From assembly GCA_951406725.2 (NCBI GenBank), contig OX597843.1, positions 930,001 through 994,000 on the forward strand: a stretch of 64,000 bases of DNA, in the 5' to 3' direction. Numbering within the stretch: the first letter of the stretch is position 1; each line of letters opens with the position of its first letter. The notes beneath the pieces were generated by a model, which worked only from the letters and a program-made list of their open reading frames with translations, searched no databases and had not been told where the DNA came from. This stretch comes from Octopus vulgaris. Taxonomy: Eukaryota. Of this stretch, positions 1 to 17,232 are shown in pieces. Made by a program: the position numbers and the translations under genes.

Positions 1-55
1 TATATATATATATATATGTATATGTATATATATGCATATATATATATGCATTTCT

Positions 56-476
56 CATGCATTCCTTTCCTTCTTGGGACACAAAACTCAACTAGTGAAG
101 ACCTGTTGAGGCAAGTGAGAATTAGAATCAAAATCAAAATCGATAAACATCAATGGAAATTGCAGCTGTGATTCCAGTGCCGGTGGCACGTAAGAGGACC
201 ATCCGAATGTGGCCGTTGCCAACGCCGCCCCGACAGACCTCCGTGCCAGTGGCACGTAAAAAGCACCAGCCAATCGTGGCCATTTGCCAGCCTCGTCTGG
301 CACATAAAAAGCACCCACTACACTCACGGAGTGGTTGGCGTTAGGAAAGGCATCCAGCTGTAGAAACACTGCCAGATCTGACTGGGCCTGATGCAGCCTT
401 CTGGCTTCCCAGACCCCAGTTGAACCGTCCAACCCATGCTAGCATGGAAAGCGAATGCTAAACGATGATGATGATA
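56..476 (+). mobile_element. SINE-like family A (internal palindromic minisatellite, (GAT)n tail, RTE-like ends)
   Basis: GTGCCGGTGGCACGTAAAAAGCACC units, then GGTTGGCGTTAGGAAAGGCATCCAGCTGTAGAAAC and 3' CCAACCCATGCTAGCATGGAAA...GATGATGAT; same sequence recurs more than 10 times in the window. Confidence 0.8.
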
Positions 477-1056
477 TATGTATATATATTATATATATAT
501 ATTCTTATTATTATTTGATTCAATGCCATGCATCCATTTCCAAGTATATATATATATGTGTATATATATATTTATATATATATATATATATATATCTGCC
601 AGGAACACCTCCACAATGACCACCACCACTTCACAACTGCATCCTCTAACACCACAAACTCCACAATCACTATTACCATCACAGGTAGAACCATTAGCAA
701 ACACAACAACAACAACAACAGCAAAAACAGCAAAAACACAACGACAAACAATAGCAAAACTCTCACCGCCACCGCCATCGCCATCGCCACCACTACCACC
801 CGCCTCTGCAACCACAAGATGAAAAAGCACTACCAGTACCACTACCACTACCGCCGCCACCCCAGCCACGACCATCACCCCTGTACCCAACTGAGCAAAC
901 ATATATATTTGTGCTCAATCTGCCGTTTCTTCTCTACATTATATTTTATTCCCTTTTCTTCAGGAGAGTTGATAGCAGTTTTCCAAAATATAATCGGATT
1001 ACTTTCAGAGCGATCTGTTTTGTTTTCTCATTTAACAATTCCACTCTGGCTTTGAA

Positions 1057-2460
<1,404 letters not shown>

Positions 2461-2803
2461 AACTATGTTTCCAAACATTGAGTTCTTGTATAAATGCAGA
2501 TGTTTTCAATCGTATGATTGAGTTTATACACGCATGGTGTATATAAACATGTGTATATACACATATATGTAAAAACATATATTTTCTGATGCATGTGTAC
2601 TTAACCTTTGTATGTATGCATTTATATATATATTGTAGTAGTAGTAGTAGTAGTAATAGTAGTAGTAGGGGTAGTAGATGTGTGAGTGTAACTGTAAGGG
2701 TGTAGAAATCCCACCATTTTCCGGAATCCTAAAATGCTGCCTGTGAATTGAAACATTTCCTGCCATTTGAATTGATTTATTCTTCCTCCCATTATTATTA
2801 TTA

Positions 2804-2851
<48 letters not shown>

Positions 2852-2852
2852 G

Positions 2853-2893
<41 letters not shown>

Positions 2894-2919
2894 TTATTAT
2901 TATTGTTGTTATTATTGTT

Positions 2920-2963
<44 letters not shown>

Positions 2964-3056
2964 TATTATTATTATTATTATTATTGTTATTATTATTATT
3001 GTTATTGTTATTATTATTATTATTATTATAACTAATATTATTATTGTTGTTATTAC

Positions 3057-3102
<46 letters not shown>

Positions 3103-3103
<1 letters not shown>

Positions 3104-4057
3104 TATGTTTGACTTTTGCTTTTTGTTTGTACAAGTTGGCTCCAAGTGTCTCACCCAGAGACCTCAAGAGACAACAGGTTGGAAGTTCATGTTGTTGTTA
3201 TGCCTAGTGTGCCATATATTTGGTTTTGTATTTAGTGTTGTACTAGTGAATGTCTAAAAAAAAAACATACGAAAATTATGTTTGTTTTAAAACTTGAGAT
3301 TACATAGAAAGTATTTTGCGTAGGATATGAGCAGTTCCCATGAGCACTATCTTTTGAATTTCTGCCATTTTGGGGTTTCCTGGTATCTGAGTTAGGTAGC
3401 AATCAGCCCCTTTTGCTATCATTCCCTATGACAACATATATTGTTTTAGTCTTCAGATTTCTATTTCAAGATCTTTATATTTGCTCAGTTTTTGGTAGGT
3501 CTTGACAGATACGTTTATATCGATTGGGACAGTCATATCAATGAGGAGGCATGTTGTTTGTCTGAAGTCTTTCAATATGATGTCTGGCCTATTTGCATCT
3601 ATCTTTCTGTCAGTTTGAATGGTGAAGTTCCAGAGGAGTGAGATGTGGTCATTTTCAAGCACTGGAGGTGGTTTGTGTTCCCACCAGTTTTTTTCATGGG
3701 ACAAATCCAGGTTTTTGAAGATTACCCAGTGAATATATTGTGCATCTTTATCATGCCTGTTGAGATACTCTGTAGATGCTAGAAGACTGCACTTGGAGAC
3801 AATGGTTTCATTTTGTTGTTGACATACAACGACATGTTGGGCAACTGCCGTTCTTTAATATGTTGGCCTGGTAGTTCCTTGTAGGAAGGCATTGATCTTG
3901 AGCTGCTATGATAAACCCTTCTGTTTCAGATTTTAAGCCAGAGGCCATTAGCCATTGTAGGGTCAGGGCTTTGTCAACATCTGCATTATTCGCACTCTTT
4001 GGGTATTTGCCATAGAGAGGTTTTTCTTGCCATTTATCATTCAGAATATCTAAAGCA

Positions 4058-4058
<1 letters not shown>
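3103..4058 (-). mobile_element. 5'-truncated, decayed R4/Dong-clade non-LTR retrotransposon (subfamily B): zinc knuckle, restriction-like endonuclease, 3' UTR
   Basis: Minus-strand peptides WQEKPLYGKY..GLKSETEGFIIAAQDQCLPTRNY and IDANRPDIILKD..CLLIDMTVP..KLSKYKDLEIEI; (TAA)n on both flanks. Confidence 0.9.
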
Positions 4059-4136
<78 letters not shown>

Positions 4137-4236
4137 GTATTGTTATTCTTAATATTGTTATTGTTATTATTATTATTATTGTTATTGTTCTTGTTATTAT
4201 TATTATTATTACTATTACTATTACTATTATTATTAA

Positions 4237-4284
<48 letters not shown>

Positions 4285-4307
4285 CATCATTATTATTATT
4301 ATTATTA

Positions 4308-4341
<34 letters not shown>

Positions 4342-4404
4342 CATCATCATCATCGTTTAGCGTCCGTTTCATTATTATTATTATTATTATTATTGTTATT
4401 GTTA

Positions 4405-4477
<73 letters not shown>

Positions 4478-4488
4478 CATTATCAATA

Positions 4489-4519
<31 letters not shown>

Positions 4520-4547
4520 TAGTATTATTATTATTAGTAGTATTATG

Positions 4548-4630
<83 letters not shown>

Positions 4631-5002
4631 CATCATCATCATCATCATAACTAACGTAACTGACATCATGATCATCATTATCAATAGCACCATGTTTTGT
4701 AATATTATTTACTATTGTTATTGTTAATATTGTAATCGTTAACATAATTTAATTATCTATCAGATTGATACATCGTCTGCGGTTGTTGTTGGGATTTTCC
4801 TTCCACTGCATTTATATTATTGTTTTAATTGTTTGTGTGCTTTTGATAAAGATATGGCCACCAAGGTTGAAAACTAAATCAGGTATATATATATATATAT
4901 AGGTGTGTGTGTGCATGTATACATACACACAAAACTACATACGTACTTACATATATATATAGACAGGTGAACCTGTAAATATATCTGAATATAAATATAT
5001 AT

Positions 5003-5055
<53 letters not shown>

Positions 5056-5100
5056 TATACATATATATAATGCACACACACACATATATACAGAGCTACA

Positions 5101-5134
<34 letters not shown>

Positions 5135-5205
5135 TGTACTTATATGCATATACATACATGTACACACATATATACATATATATATTTCTGTATGTTATAT
5201 AAATC

Positions 5206-5254
<49 letters not shown>

Positions 5255-5482
5255 ACAAAGGTATGATCAATAGCTTTGCATGTCTATCTGTGTGTACACA
5301 CATATATGCACATGTATGTGTATGCGTGTGTGTTTTTGTGTGTGTATGCAAATATATATATATATACATAAATACATACATGCATGCATATATATATATA
5401 TATACACACACATACATATATGTGTGTGTGTGTGTTGGTAAATACAAATGTACAAATACAAAGTACATATATATACATATAC

Positions 5483-5516
<34 letters not shown>

Positions 5517-5693
5517 CATCCACACGAATTTCATTTAATCACCAATTTCCTTCTCTATTGTTCCCTGAATCCAGGATCAACCTCTGAAGCTGTTAAATCC
5601 CCCCATTTTTTTTATTTTGTTGGGAAATTTCTCTCGTTTATGTATGTGTGATAAGAGATACTTCATTATCTCTGTCTCAACGTGACTGTTAAT

Positions 5694-5742
<49 letters not shown>

Positions 5743-5774
5743 AAATACATATGCATACATATGTATATGTATGT

Positions 5775-5825
<51 letters not shown>

Positions 5826-5883
5826 TATATGTATATGTATATATGTGTATATATATGTGTGTATGTATGTATGTATGTATATT

Positions 5884-5918
<35 letters not shown>

Positions 5919-6113
5919 ATATATAAGTATATAGAGATAAATTGTTACACATGTGTGTGTGTGTTTGTGTGTGTACAGGTGTATATATATCTATATATTT
6001 ATATATACATACATATATATATACATACACAGATATATATATATATATATATACATATATGCATACATATATACACATATATATGTATGTATATATGTGT
6101 ATATATACATGTG

Positions 6114-6167
<54 letters not shown>

Positions 6168-6436
6168 AACATATAGACAGAGATAAATTGTTACACATGT
6201 GTGTGTGTGTGTACAAGTGTGTATATCTATGTATGTATGTGTCATTGTAACAGGGTTTTCCGTGTTGGGTCAATGTATGGGAGTGAAAATGTTTAATTTT
6301 ATTGTTGTTTTATACTCAGTTCAGTGTTTTATGGTTTTTTTTCTTAAATTTCTTTTTCTTTTCTTTCCACTCTTATCCGAAATTTTAGAACCAGAAGCCA
6401 TCAAATCAAACCAGCTACGTGTTTTTCTCCAATCGC

Positions 6437-6586
6437 TGTCTCTCTCTCTCTTTCTCTCTCCCTCTTTCTCTCGCTCTTTCTCTTTCACTCTCTCTCTCGC
6501 TATCTATCTATCTATCTATCTATCTATCTGTCTATCTATCTATCGATATCTGTCTCTCTTTCACACTCATAGTGCATCTCTCTCAT

Positions 6587-6620
<34 letters not shown>

Positions 6621-6672
6621 GCTATCTATCTATATCTGTCTCTCTTTCACACTCATTGTGCATCTCTCTCTT

Positions 6673-6740
<68 letters not shown>

Positions 6741-7160
6741 TCTCTCTCTCTCCATCTCTCTCTCTCTCGCTATCTATCTATACCTGTCTCTCTTTCACAC
6801 TCATTGTGCATCTCTCTCTTTCTCTCTCCCTCTCTCTCTCTCTCTCTCTCACTATCTATCTATCTATCTATCTATATCTGTCTCTCTTTCACACTCATTG
6901 TACATCTCTCTCTCTCTTTCTCTCTCCCTCTCTCTCTCTCTCTCTTTCTCTCTCCCTCTCTCTCTCTCTCACTATCTATCTATATCTGTCTCTCTTTCAC
7001 ACTCGTTGTACATCTCTCTCTCTCACACTCTCTCTCTCTCTCTCACTATCTATCTATCTATTTATCTATATCTGTCTCTCTTTCACACTTACTGTGTCTC
7101 TCTCTCTTTCACTGTCACTCTCACTGTCACTCTCACTCTGTCTCTCCCTCTCTCCCTATC
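6437..7160. repeat. (CT)n/(CTAT)n field with a recurring ~30-nt higher-order motif
   Basis: TATCTGTCTCTCTTTCACACTCATTGTGCATC-like motif recurs about 6 times between CT runs. Confidence 0.85.
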
Positions 7161-7660
7161 TGTTCCTCAGCTTTTCTGACGCTTTCTCACTCTGTTTCCT
7201 TTCTCTCATATGCTTTCTTTCTATTTCTCTATCTCTCCCTCTCTGCATATACATATATATATACATCTCTGTATTTTCTTTCATTCCCTCCCTCCCTCTC
7301 TCTCTCTCCTTTTTCTCTCTGTTCCTTATTTGATAGCTCATGAAATGCTCTGCAGCAATTTGTTGCTGTCTTGTCATCTCATATAATTACACAGGTACAT
7401 ACATATACATACATGCATACATGTGTATATATATATACATACATACATGCATATATATATATGTATATATATATATACACACACACACACATACATACAT
7501 ACACACATATATATATACATACATAGATGATGATGATGATGATGATAGATACATACACACACATGTATATATACACACACACTCATATATATATACTTAT
7601 ACATATATACATATGTGTATATATACATATGTATATAAACATGTGTGCTGGTACAGCTAC

Positions 7661-7709
<49 letters not shown>

Positions 7710-8008
7710 TAGCACTAATCTTAAGGATGCACAAGGCATATGTATATATATATATATATATACACACATACATACATGTATATATATATATCCAAATGTA
7801 TGATATGTATGATATATATATGCATGTATGCATATATGCATATGTATATGCATTTATATACATATATATGTGTGTGTATGTATGTATGTATATCTAAATA
7901 TATACATCTATTGTGAAGTATATCTGCCATAGATTTATTATTGTTTATATACATATACATATATATACATATATATACATATATACATATATACATATAT
8001 ATATACAT

Positions 8009-8066
<58 letters not shown>

Positions 8067-8644
8067 TCATCATCATCATCATCATTATATATACTTATAT
8101 ATATATATATACTTATATATCTATATCTTTTTCATTCATGCTCTCTCTACATTAACAATGCTTTCTCCTCTCTTACTTTCCCCCTCCTGTAATCCCACAT
8201 GAATAAATTTGTTCCTCTTAACATAACTTGTCCTTATTCTCATCATGTAGCTTAAATTCATTCCATTTTCTCTGTCTCTTTTGTAAGGAATTAGTAATAA
8301 CTGTATACCCCTCCCATGTAACATGTGGTATGTGCTAGTCACTATAAGTAAGAGAGTATGAGACAACATGGCAGAGTACGTAGTAGGCAGTTAGAGATAG
8401 CTTTGTCTTTACTCGTTTTACTAAGTATACTGTATACTAAAGTGGGCATTATAACAATCAAACATTTTAAGGATTGCAACAGTGGCAACGAGGATTTAAA
8501 CAACTCATGATAAACCAATTCTACAGAAGATATGAACGAATCATCAAGACAGAATGTAAAGATTGGGATGATGGGATGGAAACTTGCTTAATCTTGAGAG
8601 AACTGGCTGCTACAGAACATGAATGATCCAGTAATTTTGATGGG

Positions 8645-8655
8645 GATGATGATGG

Positions 8656-8691
<36 letters not shown>

Positions 8692-9074
8692 CAATGGTTA
8701 TGATGATGATGATGACGACGACGACAATGGTTATGATGATGATGAAGATGATGATGATGATGATGATGATGTTGACAATGGTTATGATGATGATGATGAT
8801 GATGACGACGATGATGATGTTGACGATGATGATGTTGACAATGGTTATGATGATGATGATAATGATGATGATGATGATGACGATTGTCATGATGATGATG
8901 ATGAGGAGGAGGAGGAGGAGGAGGAGGATGGTGATGATGATGATGATGATGATGATGACAATGGCTATGATGATGATGATGTTGACAATGGTTATGATGA
9001 TGATGATGATGATGATAATGATGATGATGATGATGATGATGACGATGATGATGACGATGATGATGACAATGGTT

Positions 9075-9106
<32 letters not shown>

Positions 9107-9152
9107 GAAGATGATGACAATGGTTATGATGATGATGATGATGACAATGGTT

Positions 9153-9184
<32 letters not shown>

Positions 9185-9187
9185 GAA

Positions 9188-9219
<32 letters not shown>

Positions 9220-9272
9220 CAATGGTTATGATGATGATGATGATGATGACAATGGTTATGATGATGATGATG
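8645..9272. repeat. (GAT)n microsatellite punctuated by ACAATGGTT
   Basis: The interruption GACAATGGTTATG recurs about 10 times. Confidence 0.9.
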
Positions 9273-10338
9273 AAAGTTTGATAGTGTGGTGGTTTTGGTG
9301 GTGGTGGTGGAGGTGGTGATGATGATGATGATGACAGCTTTCCCCCACCTGAAATGAAGAAAGCAAAATTAAATAAAAAGAAAATAAACAAATGCAATAA
9401 AATACATACAATAAAATATTAACATGAAACGAAATTTTCTTTTATTTTCTAAATCATTGTAATTTGGAGGAGGAGGTGTTTGTGTGTGTAGTGGTGCTGT
9501 GGGGGTGTGCACGAATGTGTGTTTATGTCTGTGTGTGTGTATGGTGTGTATTTGCGTGTGTGTGTATTTGTGAAGTGTCTTTGTGTGTGTATGTACATGT
9601 GGCTTCATTTATGTGTGTGTGATTATGAATGTGTGTGCATGTGTGTGTGTGTGCATTTGAGTGTGTGCATATGTGTACGAATGTGTGTTTGTGTGTACGA
9701 ATGTGTGTTTCTGTGTATGTGTGAGTGTGTGAGGTGTGTGTGTATGTGCATGTAGATACATCTATGTGAGTTTGATTATGAATATGTGTGTGTGTGTGTG
9801 TGTGCATTTGAGTGTGTGCGTATGTGTACGAATGTGTGTTTGTGTGTATGTGTGTGCGTATGTGTGAGTGTGTGAGGTGTGTGTGTATGTGCATGTAGAT
9901 ACATCTATGTGAGTTTGATTATGAATATGTGAGCGTGCGTACGTATGTGTGTTTATGTGTATGTGTGTGTGTGTGTGAAGTGTTTATGCGTGTGTATGTG
10001 CATGTGGATGCATCTATGTGAGTTTGTTTATCAATGTGTGTGTGTGTTTGTGTACATGTGTGTTTGTGTACATGTGTGTATGTGTGTGTGTATATATGTT
10101 TATGAGTGTGCATGTGTGTGGTTGTGTTTGTATGTGGCTGTCTCCATGCATGTACTTCTGTGCATGCATGTTGCGTGGGTGTAGATGTGCATGCGTATGT
10201 GTGTGTATGCGTACATGTTTGTGCATGCATGTATGCGATTGTGTTTGTACACAGATATATGTGTGCATATGCATGTGTGTGTGTGTGTGTGTGAATGTGT
10301 ATTTCTGTTGCTCTGTGTGTCTATATACTCTCTCTCTC

Positions 10339-10812
<474 letters not shown>

Positions 10813-11404
10813 TCTGCAAATGCCTGTGTGCATGATGTGTGTGTGGGTGTTTGTGCATTTGGTGACTGTCTGTGGATGTTCATGTATGTGTGAGTCTGTT
10901 TATGTGTGTGTGTGTCTCTATGGGTGTGTATGCATCTCTGTGTGGATCTGTGTGACATGTAATTACGTGTGGATGTCTGTTTATTAGAGCCTGTGTGTAT
11001 GTGTGTGCGTGTGTGTGTGTGCATGTGAGTGTTTATGTTTGTGTACACAGATATGCGTGTACATATGCATGTGTGTCTGTACATGTGTATTTGTGTCGGT
11101 CTGTGTGTCTATATATATAAAAATCTGTCTGCAAATGCCTGTATGTGTGTGTGTGTGTGTGTGTACATGTGTGAGCCTGCTGATGCGTGTGTCTCTCTAT
11201 GTGTGTGTATGTGCCTCTGTATATATGTGTGTGTGTAACATGTGATATGCGACATGTAATAACGTGTAGATGTGTGTTTATTAGAGCCTCTGTGTGTGCG
11301 TGTGTGTGTGTGTGTGAGTGTGTGTGTGTGTGTATGTGTCTGCAGGCACCTCAGATATTACTATTTTATTATTTTTTTTCTTTGCATCTTTACGAGTATA
11401 TGAA

Positions 11405-11560
<156 letters not shown>

Positions 11561-12047
11561 TGTGTGTGTATGCATACATACATAGAAATATACATAGAAA
11601 TATACATACACACATACAGACGCACACATATATATGTGATTTGTACGCATAGATGCATATATGTATACAATGTATTAAATACAAATATACGATGTATGTA
11701 TGTGTGTGTAATGTATATATGTACATATGCATATGGATATATATATGTATGTTTGTGTGTATATATACATATATATATGTGTGCATGTACATATATGTGT
11801 ATATATATATATATATGTATTGATATATGTATATATATGTGTGTGTATATATATATATATATGTATATGTATCTATCTATCTATTTATCTAAATATACAT
11901 ATGTGTGTGTGTGTGTGTATATTTAGATAGATAGACACATACATGTATATATCTAGATATATATATGTGCATATAACTATATACATATTTACATACATTT
12001 GTAAATATTTATCTATATATATATGTATATATACATATATATATGTC

Positions 12048-12103
<56 letters not shown>

Positions 12104-12113
12104 CATATATATT

Positions 12114-12186
<73 letters not shown>

Positions 12187-12281
12187 ATATATATAGATAT
12201 ATGCATATGCATGTGTGCCTGTATATATGTATGCGTATGCCAATATGCATTTGTGTATATATGCTTATGTTTGTGCATGTG

Positions 12282-12319
<38 letters not shown>

Positions 12320-12493
12320 CCTGTGCTTCTGTATGTATATCTATCTTTGGTTTCAGGCTTCAATATTCCGCTTTGCTCAGCAGTAAAAAAAAAAAAATTT
12401 TTTTAATCTAAATTACTTTTTTGCAAAAAAAAATATTACTTTTGAATTTGTCAACAACTTCAAATATAAATTACTTACAATTATTATTGCTGA

Positions 12494-12532
<39 letters not shown>

Positions 12533-12861
12533 AAATGATACTGCAGCTGCTACTGGTGCTACTGCTGCTACCATCACTACTACTACTTTTACATATATAT
12601 ATATATATATACATGTGTGTATACATATGTGTGTTTTTGTGTATAGATAGATGGATAGATAGATAGACAGAGAGAGAGAAAGTGGGTGTGAGATATGTGG
12701 GGGAGTGCATAGATATACATTATACACATAAATACACACACATATATATATATATTATATGTATGTACATATACTTATATATTCTATATACACACATATA
12801 TAAATATACGTATATATATATATGTATATATTATATATATGTATATATAAATATATGTATA

Positions 12862-13077
12862 CTGCCAGACTGACCCTTGCACCGGTGGCATGTATAAGCA
12901 GCCACTACACTCTCAGAGTGGTTGGCATTAGGAAGGGCATCCAGCTGTACAAACCCTGCCAGATCAGATTGGAGCCTGGTGCAGCCATCTGGTTCGTCAG
13001 ACCTCAGTCAAACCATCCAACCCATGCCAGCATGGAAAGCGGACGTTAAAAAATTATGATGACGATGATGATGATGT
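12862..13077 (+). mobile_element. SINE-like family A, 3' part
   Basis: GGTTGGCATTAGGAAGGGCATCCAGCTG...CATGGAAAGCGGACGTTAAA followed by GAT tail. Confidence 0.8.
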
Positions 13078-13093
13078 ATGTATGTATGTATGC

Positions 13094-13133
<40 letters not shown>

Positions 13134-13154
13134 ATGATGATGATGATGATGATA

Positions 13155-13311
13155 GGACAGGCTTCTTTCAGTTTCTGCCTACCAAATCCACTCACAAGAC
13201 TTTGGTTGACCCTAGGTTATAGTAGAAGACTCTTGCCCAAGGTGCCATGCAATGGGACTGAACCCAGAACCATGTGGTTGGGAAGCAAGCTTCTTACCCA
13301 CCCATGCCTGC

Positions 13312-13346
<35 letters not shown>

Positions 13347-13675
13347 TTTTTTTTTATTCCGTTATTCTTTTACTTGTTTCACTCATTTAACTGCAACCAA
13401 GCTGGAGGAGTGCCTTGAAGAGTTTTTGAGTCAAGCAAATTGACCCCAGGACTCATTCCTAAACCTGGTACCTATTCTGCCATTCCCTTTTACTTAACAA
13501 GCACACATATACAAACTATGGGTTCTTTTCACTTTGTTCCCCAAAACCACTCACAAGGCTTTGGTTGGCCTGAAAACCATAGCAAAAGACACTGGTTCAC
13601 ATTACCCTGAAGTGGGACTGAACCCAGAACCATGTGGCTGGGAAGCAAACTTCTTACCACACAACCACACCTGTA
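13155..13675 (-). mobile_element. Two diverged or partial SINE family B copies
   Basis: Two head halves (GGGACTGAACCCAGAACCATGTGG) and one degenerate tail at ~13365-13420. Confidence 0.7.
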
Positions 13676-13939
13676 CTTAATTAAAATTCCAATTACATTT
13701 TATTTGTGTTGCCTGTGTGGGTGTGTTTGCTATGAATGACTTCCAGCTCAATAAATTTTTGAAATATTTAAAATTCTTCTGTAGTAATTGCAATAATGAC
13801 TTCTAAAGTAATCACGTCACATGACCACAACATTCATGTGACATGAAATATATTTACCCCTTCCCTCATCTCTCTTCCTCCCCATACACTCCTTACAACA
13901 TCTACCCACCTGTCTTCCGTGCTATTCTGACACCACTCC

Positions 13940-14144
13940 TCTCTGCCACCAAGGGACATGCTCAACCGGCCAAAGTCAAACAACTGACAGGCAAATCTGT
14001 GGTATTGAGCAGAATATTTGCTGTAGCCCATCTTTTATACCAAGACAAAACAATGTACATGATAACACTTCCAATCAGTTAAGATCAGAAGCCATGAGAG
14101 CCACTGCCTGGTACTGCATCAGGGCATTGTTATTATTATTATTA

Positions 14145-14181
<37 letters not shown>

Positions 14182-15257
14182 TGAGTGAGAGAGCAGTGCA
14201 TGCCATCAAAGTGACACTGGGGTAAAATATACGACGCCCAGTATACCCATCATGACTACCCGTCTGATAAGGGTACACTAGGCACATGCATCACAACCAT
14301 ATGTGCGCGACATGGTGACCTCATATCAAGATAAACAGCACATGACCTTGCAGGTGGGGCCCAGTTAGAATTTTCTTCAGGTTGAGTAACCCATCCTGCT
14401 CAAAAGGTCCCTGAATAAGGGTTGTTTAAGGATGTTGAACGAAACACCCATGTTTCCAAAGGTAAATTATCCAAACCCCTAAAGAATTCCTTTCAACACA
14501 CAGCTATGATGCTCCCCCACTACTTCTATTCATGATCAGAGATGCACATATTGTCAGCCACTAAGGGACATGCTCAACTGGTTATGGTCAAACAACTGAC
14601 AAGCAAATCTGTGGTATTGAGCAGAATATTTGCTGTAGTCCATCTTTTATACCAAGACAAAACAATGTACATGATAACACTTCCAATCAGTTAAGACCAG
14701 AAGCCATGAGAGACACTGTCTGGTACTGCATCAGGGCATTTATTATTATTATTATTATTATCATTGAGTGAGCGAGCAGAGCATGCCATCAAAGTGACAC
14801 TGGGGTAAAATATACGAAGCCCAATATACCCATCATGACTACCCGTCTGATAAAGGTACACCAGGCACATGCATCACAACCATATGTGCGCGACATGGTG
14901 ATCTCATATCAAGATAAACAGCACATGACCTTGCAGGTGGGGCCCAGTTAGAATTTTCTTCAGGTTGAGTAGCCCATCCCGCTCAAAAGGTCCCTGAATA
15001 AGGGTTGTTTAAAGATGTTGAACAAAACACCTATGTTTCTAGAGGTGAATTATTCAAACCCCAAAGAATCCCTCTCAACACATGGCTATGATGCTCCCCC
15101 ACTACTTCTGCTCGGGATCAGAGATGCACATATTGTCAGCCACTAAGGGACATGCTCAACTGGTTAAGGTCAAACAACTGACAAGCAAATCTGTGGTATT
15201 GAGCAGAATATTTGCTGTAGCCCATCTTTTATACCAAGACAAAACAATGTACATGAT
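13940..15257 (-). mobile_element. Three tandem copies (13940-14128, 14183-14739, 14766-15257) of a ~560-bp non-coding interspersed element separated by (TAA)n
   Basis: Near-identical blocks by eye; a diverged fragment also lies at ~59665-59820; orientation is inferred from the (AAT)n polarity shared with the Dong LINEs. Confidence 0.75.
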
Positions 15258-15279
15258 TATTATTATTATTATTATTATT

Positions 15280-15952
15280 CAGTAGTTTTATTTTTATAGC
15301 GTGCTTTCACTTCACTACCGAGCGCAGCTCTGTGTGCCTTGGGTATGTGCTGTGATTTGTTGTGATGCTCTGATGGTTATTGTATGGAAAGTGTTCTGCG
15401 TAGGATGTGTGCAGTGCCTAGTAGTGCAATTTTCTGTATGTTATATGTGTTTGTAAATCCTGGTATTTTTGTTATGTATTTGTCTGAATATTTTTTTATC
15501 ATGCCTAATGCACCTACTATGATAGGAATTGTTTCTGTTTTCAGGTTCCACATTCTAGTTACCTCTATTTCCAGGTCTTTGTATTTTGAGAGTTTCTCCA
15601 TTTCTTTTAGAGACACATTGTCATCTGCCGGTATTGATACATCAATTAGAAAGCATTTTTTTCTTCATGATCTCTGACAACTATATCTGGTCTGTTGGCC
15701 TTAATTTCTCTATCTATGTGTATCGGCATATCCCAGAGTATGGTTGCTTTCTCGTTTTCTGTGACCTTTTCTGGTGTGTGCCTATACCATCTTTTTTCTG
15801 TTGTTATTCCATAATGTTGGCATAGCTTCCAATGTATGTAGGTTCCAACTCTGTCATGTCTGTGAATATATTCCTTCTTAGCCAGGACTGGGCAGCTAGA
15901 GATAATATGATTTATTGTTTCTTGTCCATCTCCACATATTCTGCAGTTACTT
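15280..15952 (-). mobile_element. 5'-truncated R4/Dong LINE (subfamily A), CCHC + RLE + 3' UTR
   Basis: CRICGDGQETINHIISSC; REIKANRPDIVV; KLSKYKDLEIEVTRMW..IVGALG; near-identical to 17981-18650; (TAA)n on both sides. Confidence 0.92.
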
Positions 15953-15971
15953 ATTATTATTATTATTATTA

Positions 15972-16037
<66 letters not shown>

Positions 16038-16504
16038 GCGGTATTTTGTCCATCACTATGTTCTGAGTTCAAATTCCACCTCTACTCCCAGGTCTGTCCT
16101 GACCCAGAACAGTAGTAACTCAAGGTCCCATCTACAAGTTATATAGCTTTCCAAGGGAATAGAGTAGGTTCTCATTATTTTTGACAGAACCTTGGGTAAA
16201 GCAGCCCTTCTAAAACAAAGCTGGTCTGTCGTAAAAATTTGCAGACAAAACAGCACCTGTCATCTTGCAATACGTGTCACTGGAACATATAATGCAGAGG
16301 CATATATTCCAGGTGTGCTAGGTGTGTGCTGCACACCAATCAAAGGTGGCAAATTAATTATAACCATTAACCTTATTCATAAATTTAATCACAAATCATA
16401 ATGGAGAAACTTATGTTAGACCTCTGCTTGGAATTTGATGGCACATCCAACACAACAACCATCATACACCACTGATATAATATATATATGTATATATATA
16501 TATA

Positions 16505-16618
<114 letters not shown>

Positions 16619-16647
16619 TATGCATATATATATATACATATATATAT

Positions 16648-16678
<31 letters not shown>

Positions 16679-16683
16679 TACAT

Positions 16684-16726
<43 letters not shown>

Positions 16727-16766
16727 TATATACATATATATATATATATACATATATATATACATG

Positions 16767-16802
<36 letters not shown>

Positions 16803-16824
16803 ATATACATATATATACATATAC

Positions 16825-16988
<164 letters not shown>

Positions 16989-17012
16989 CATATAATACAC
17001 ATATATATATAT

Positions 17013-17110
<98 letters not shown>

Positions 17111-17232
17111 CAAATTTACAGAAAAAAAAAGGACAAAGACAAGCGTAAGAACAACAAGCGAGTGTATTAGTTTGACACTCAGGAAAATATATATATATAT
17201 ATAAATATATACACACACACATACACACTCAC

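Noticed and set aside
8470-8625. Short open frame GLQQWQRGFKQLMINQFYRRYERIIKTECKDW
   Set aside because: No recognisable domain and a weak acceptor; it cannot be distinguished from a decayed repeat.
16350-16475. Similarity to 21847-21980
   Set aside because: The match is real but short and degenerate, with no termini or coding signal, so it was not classified.
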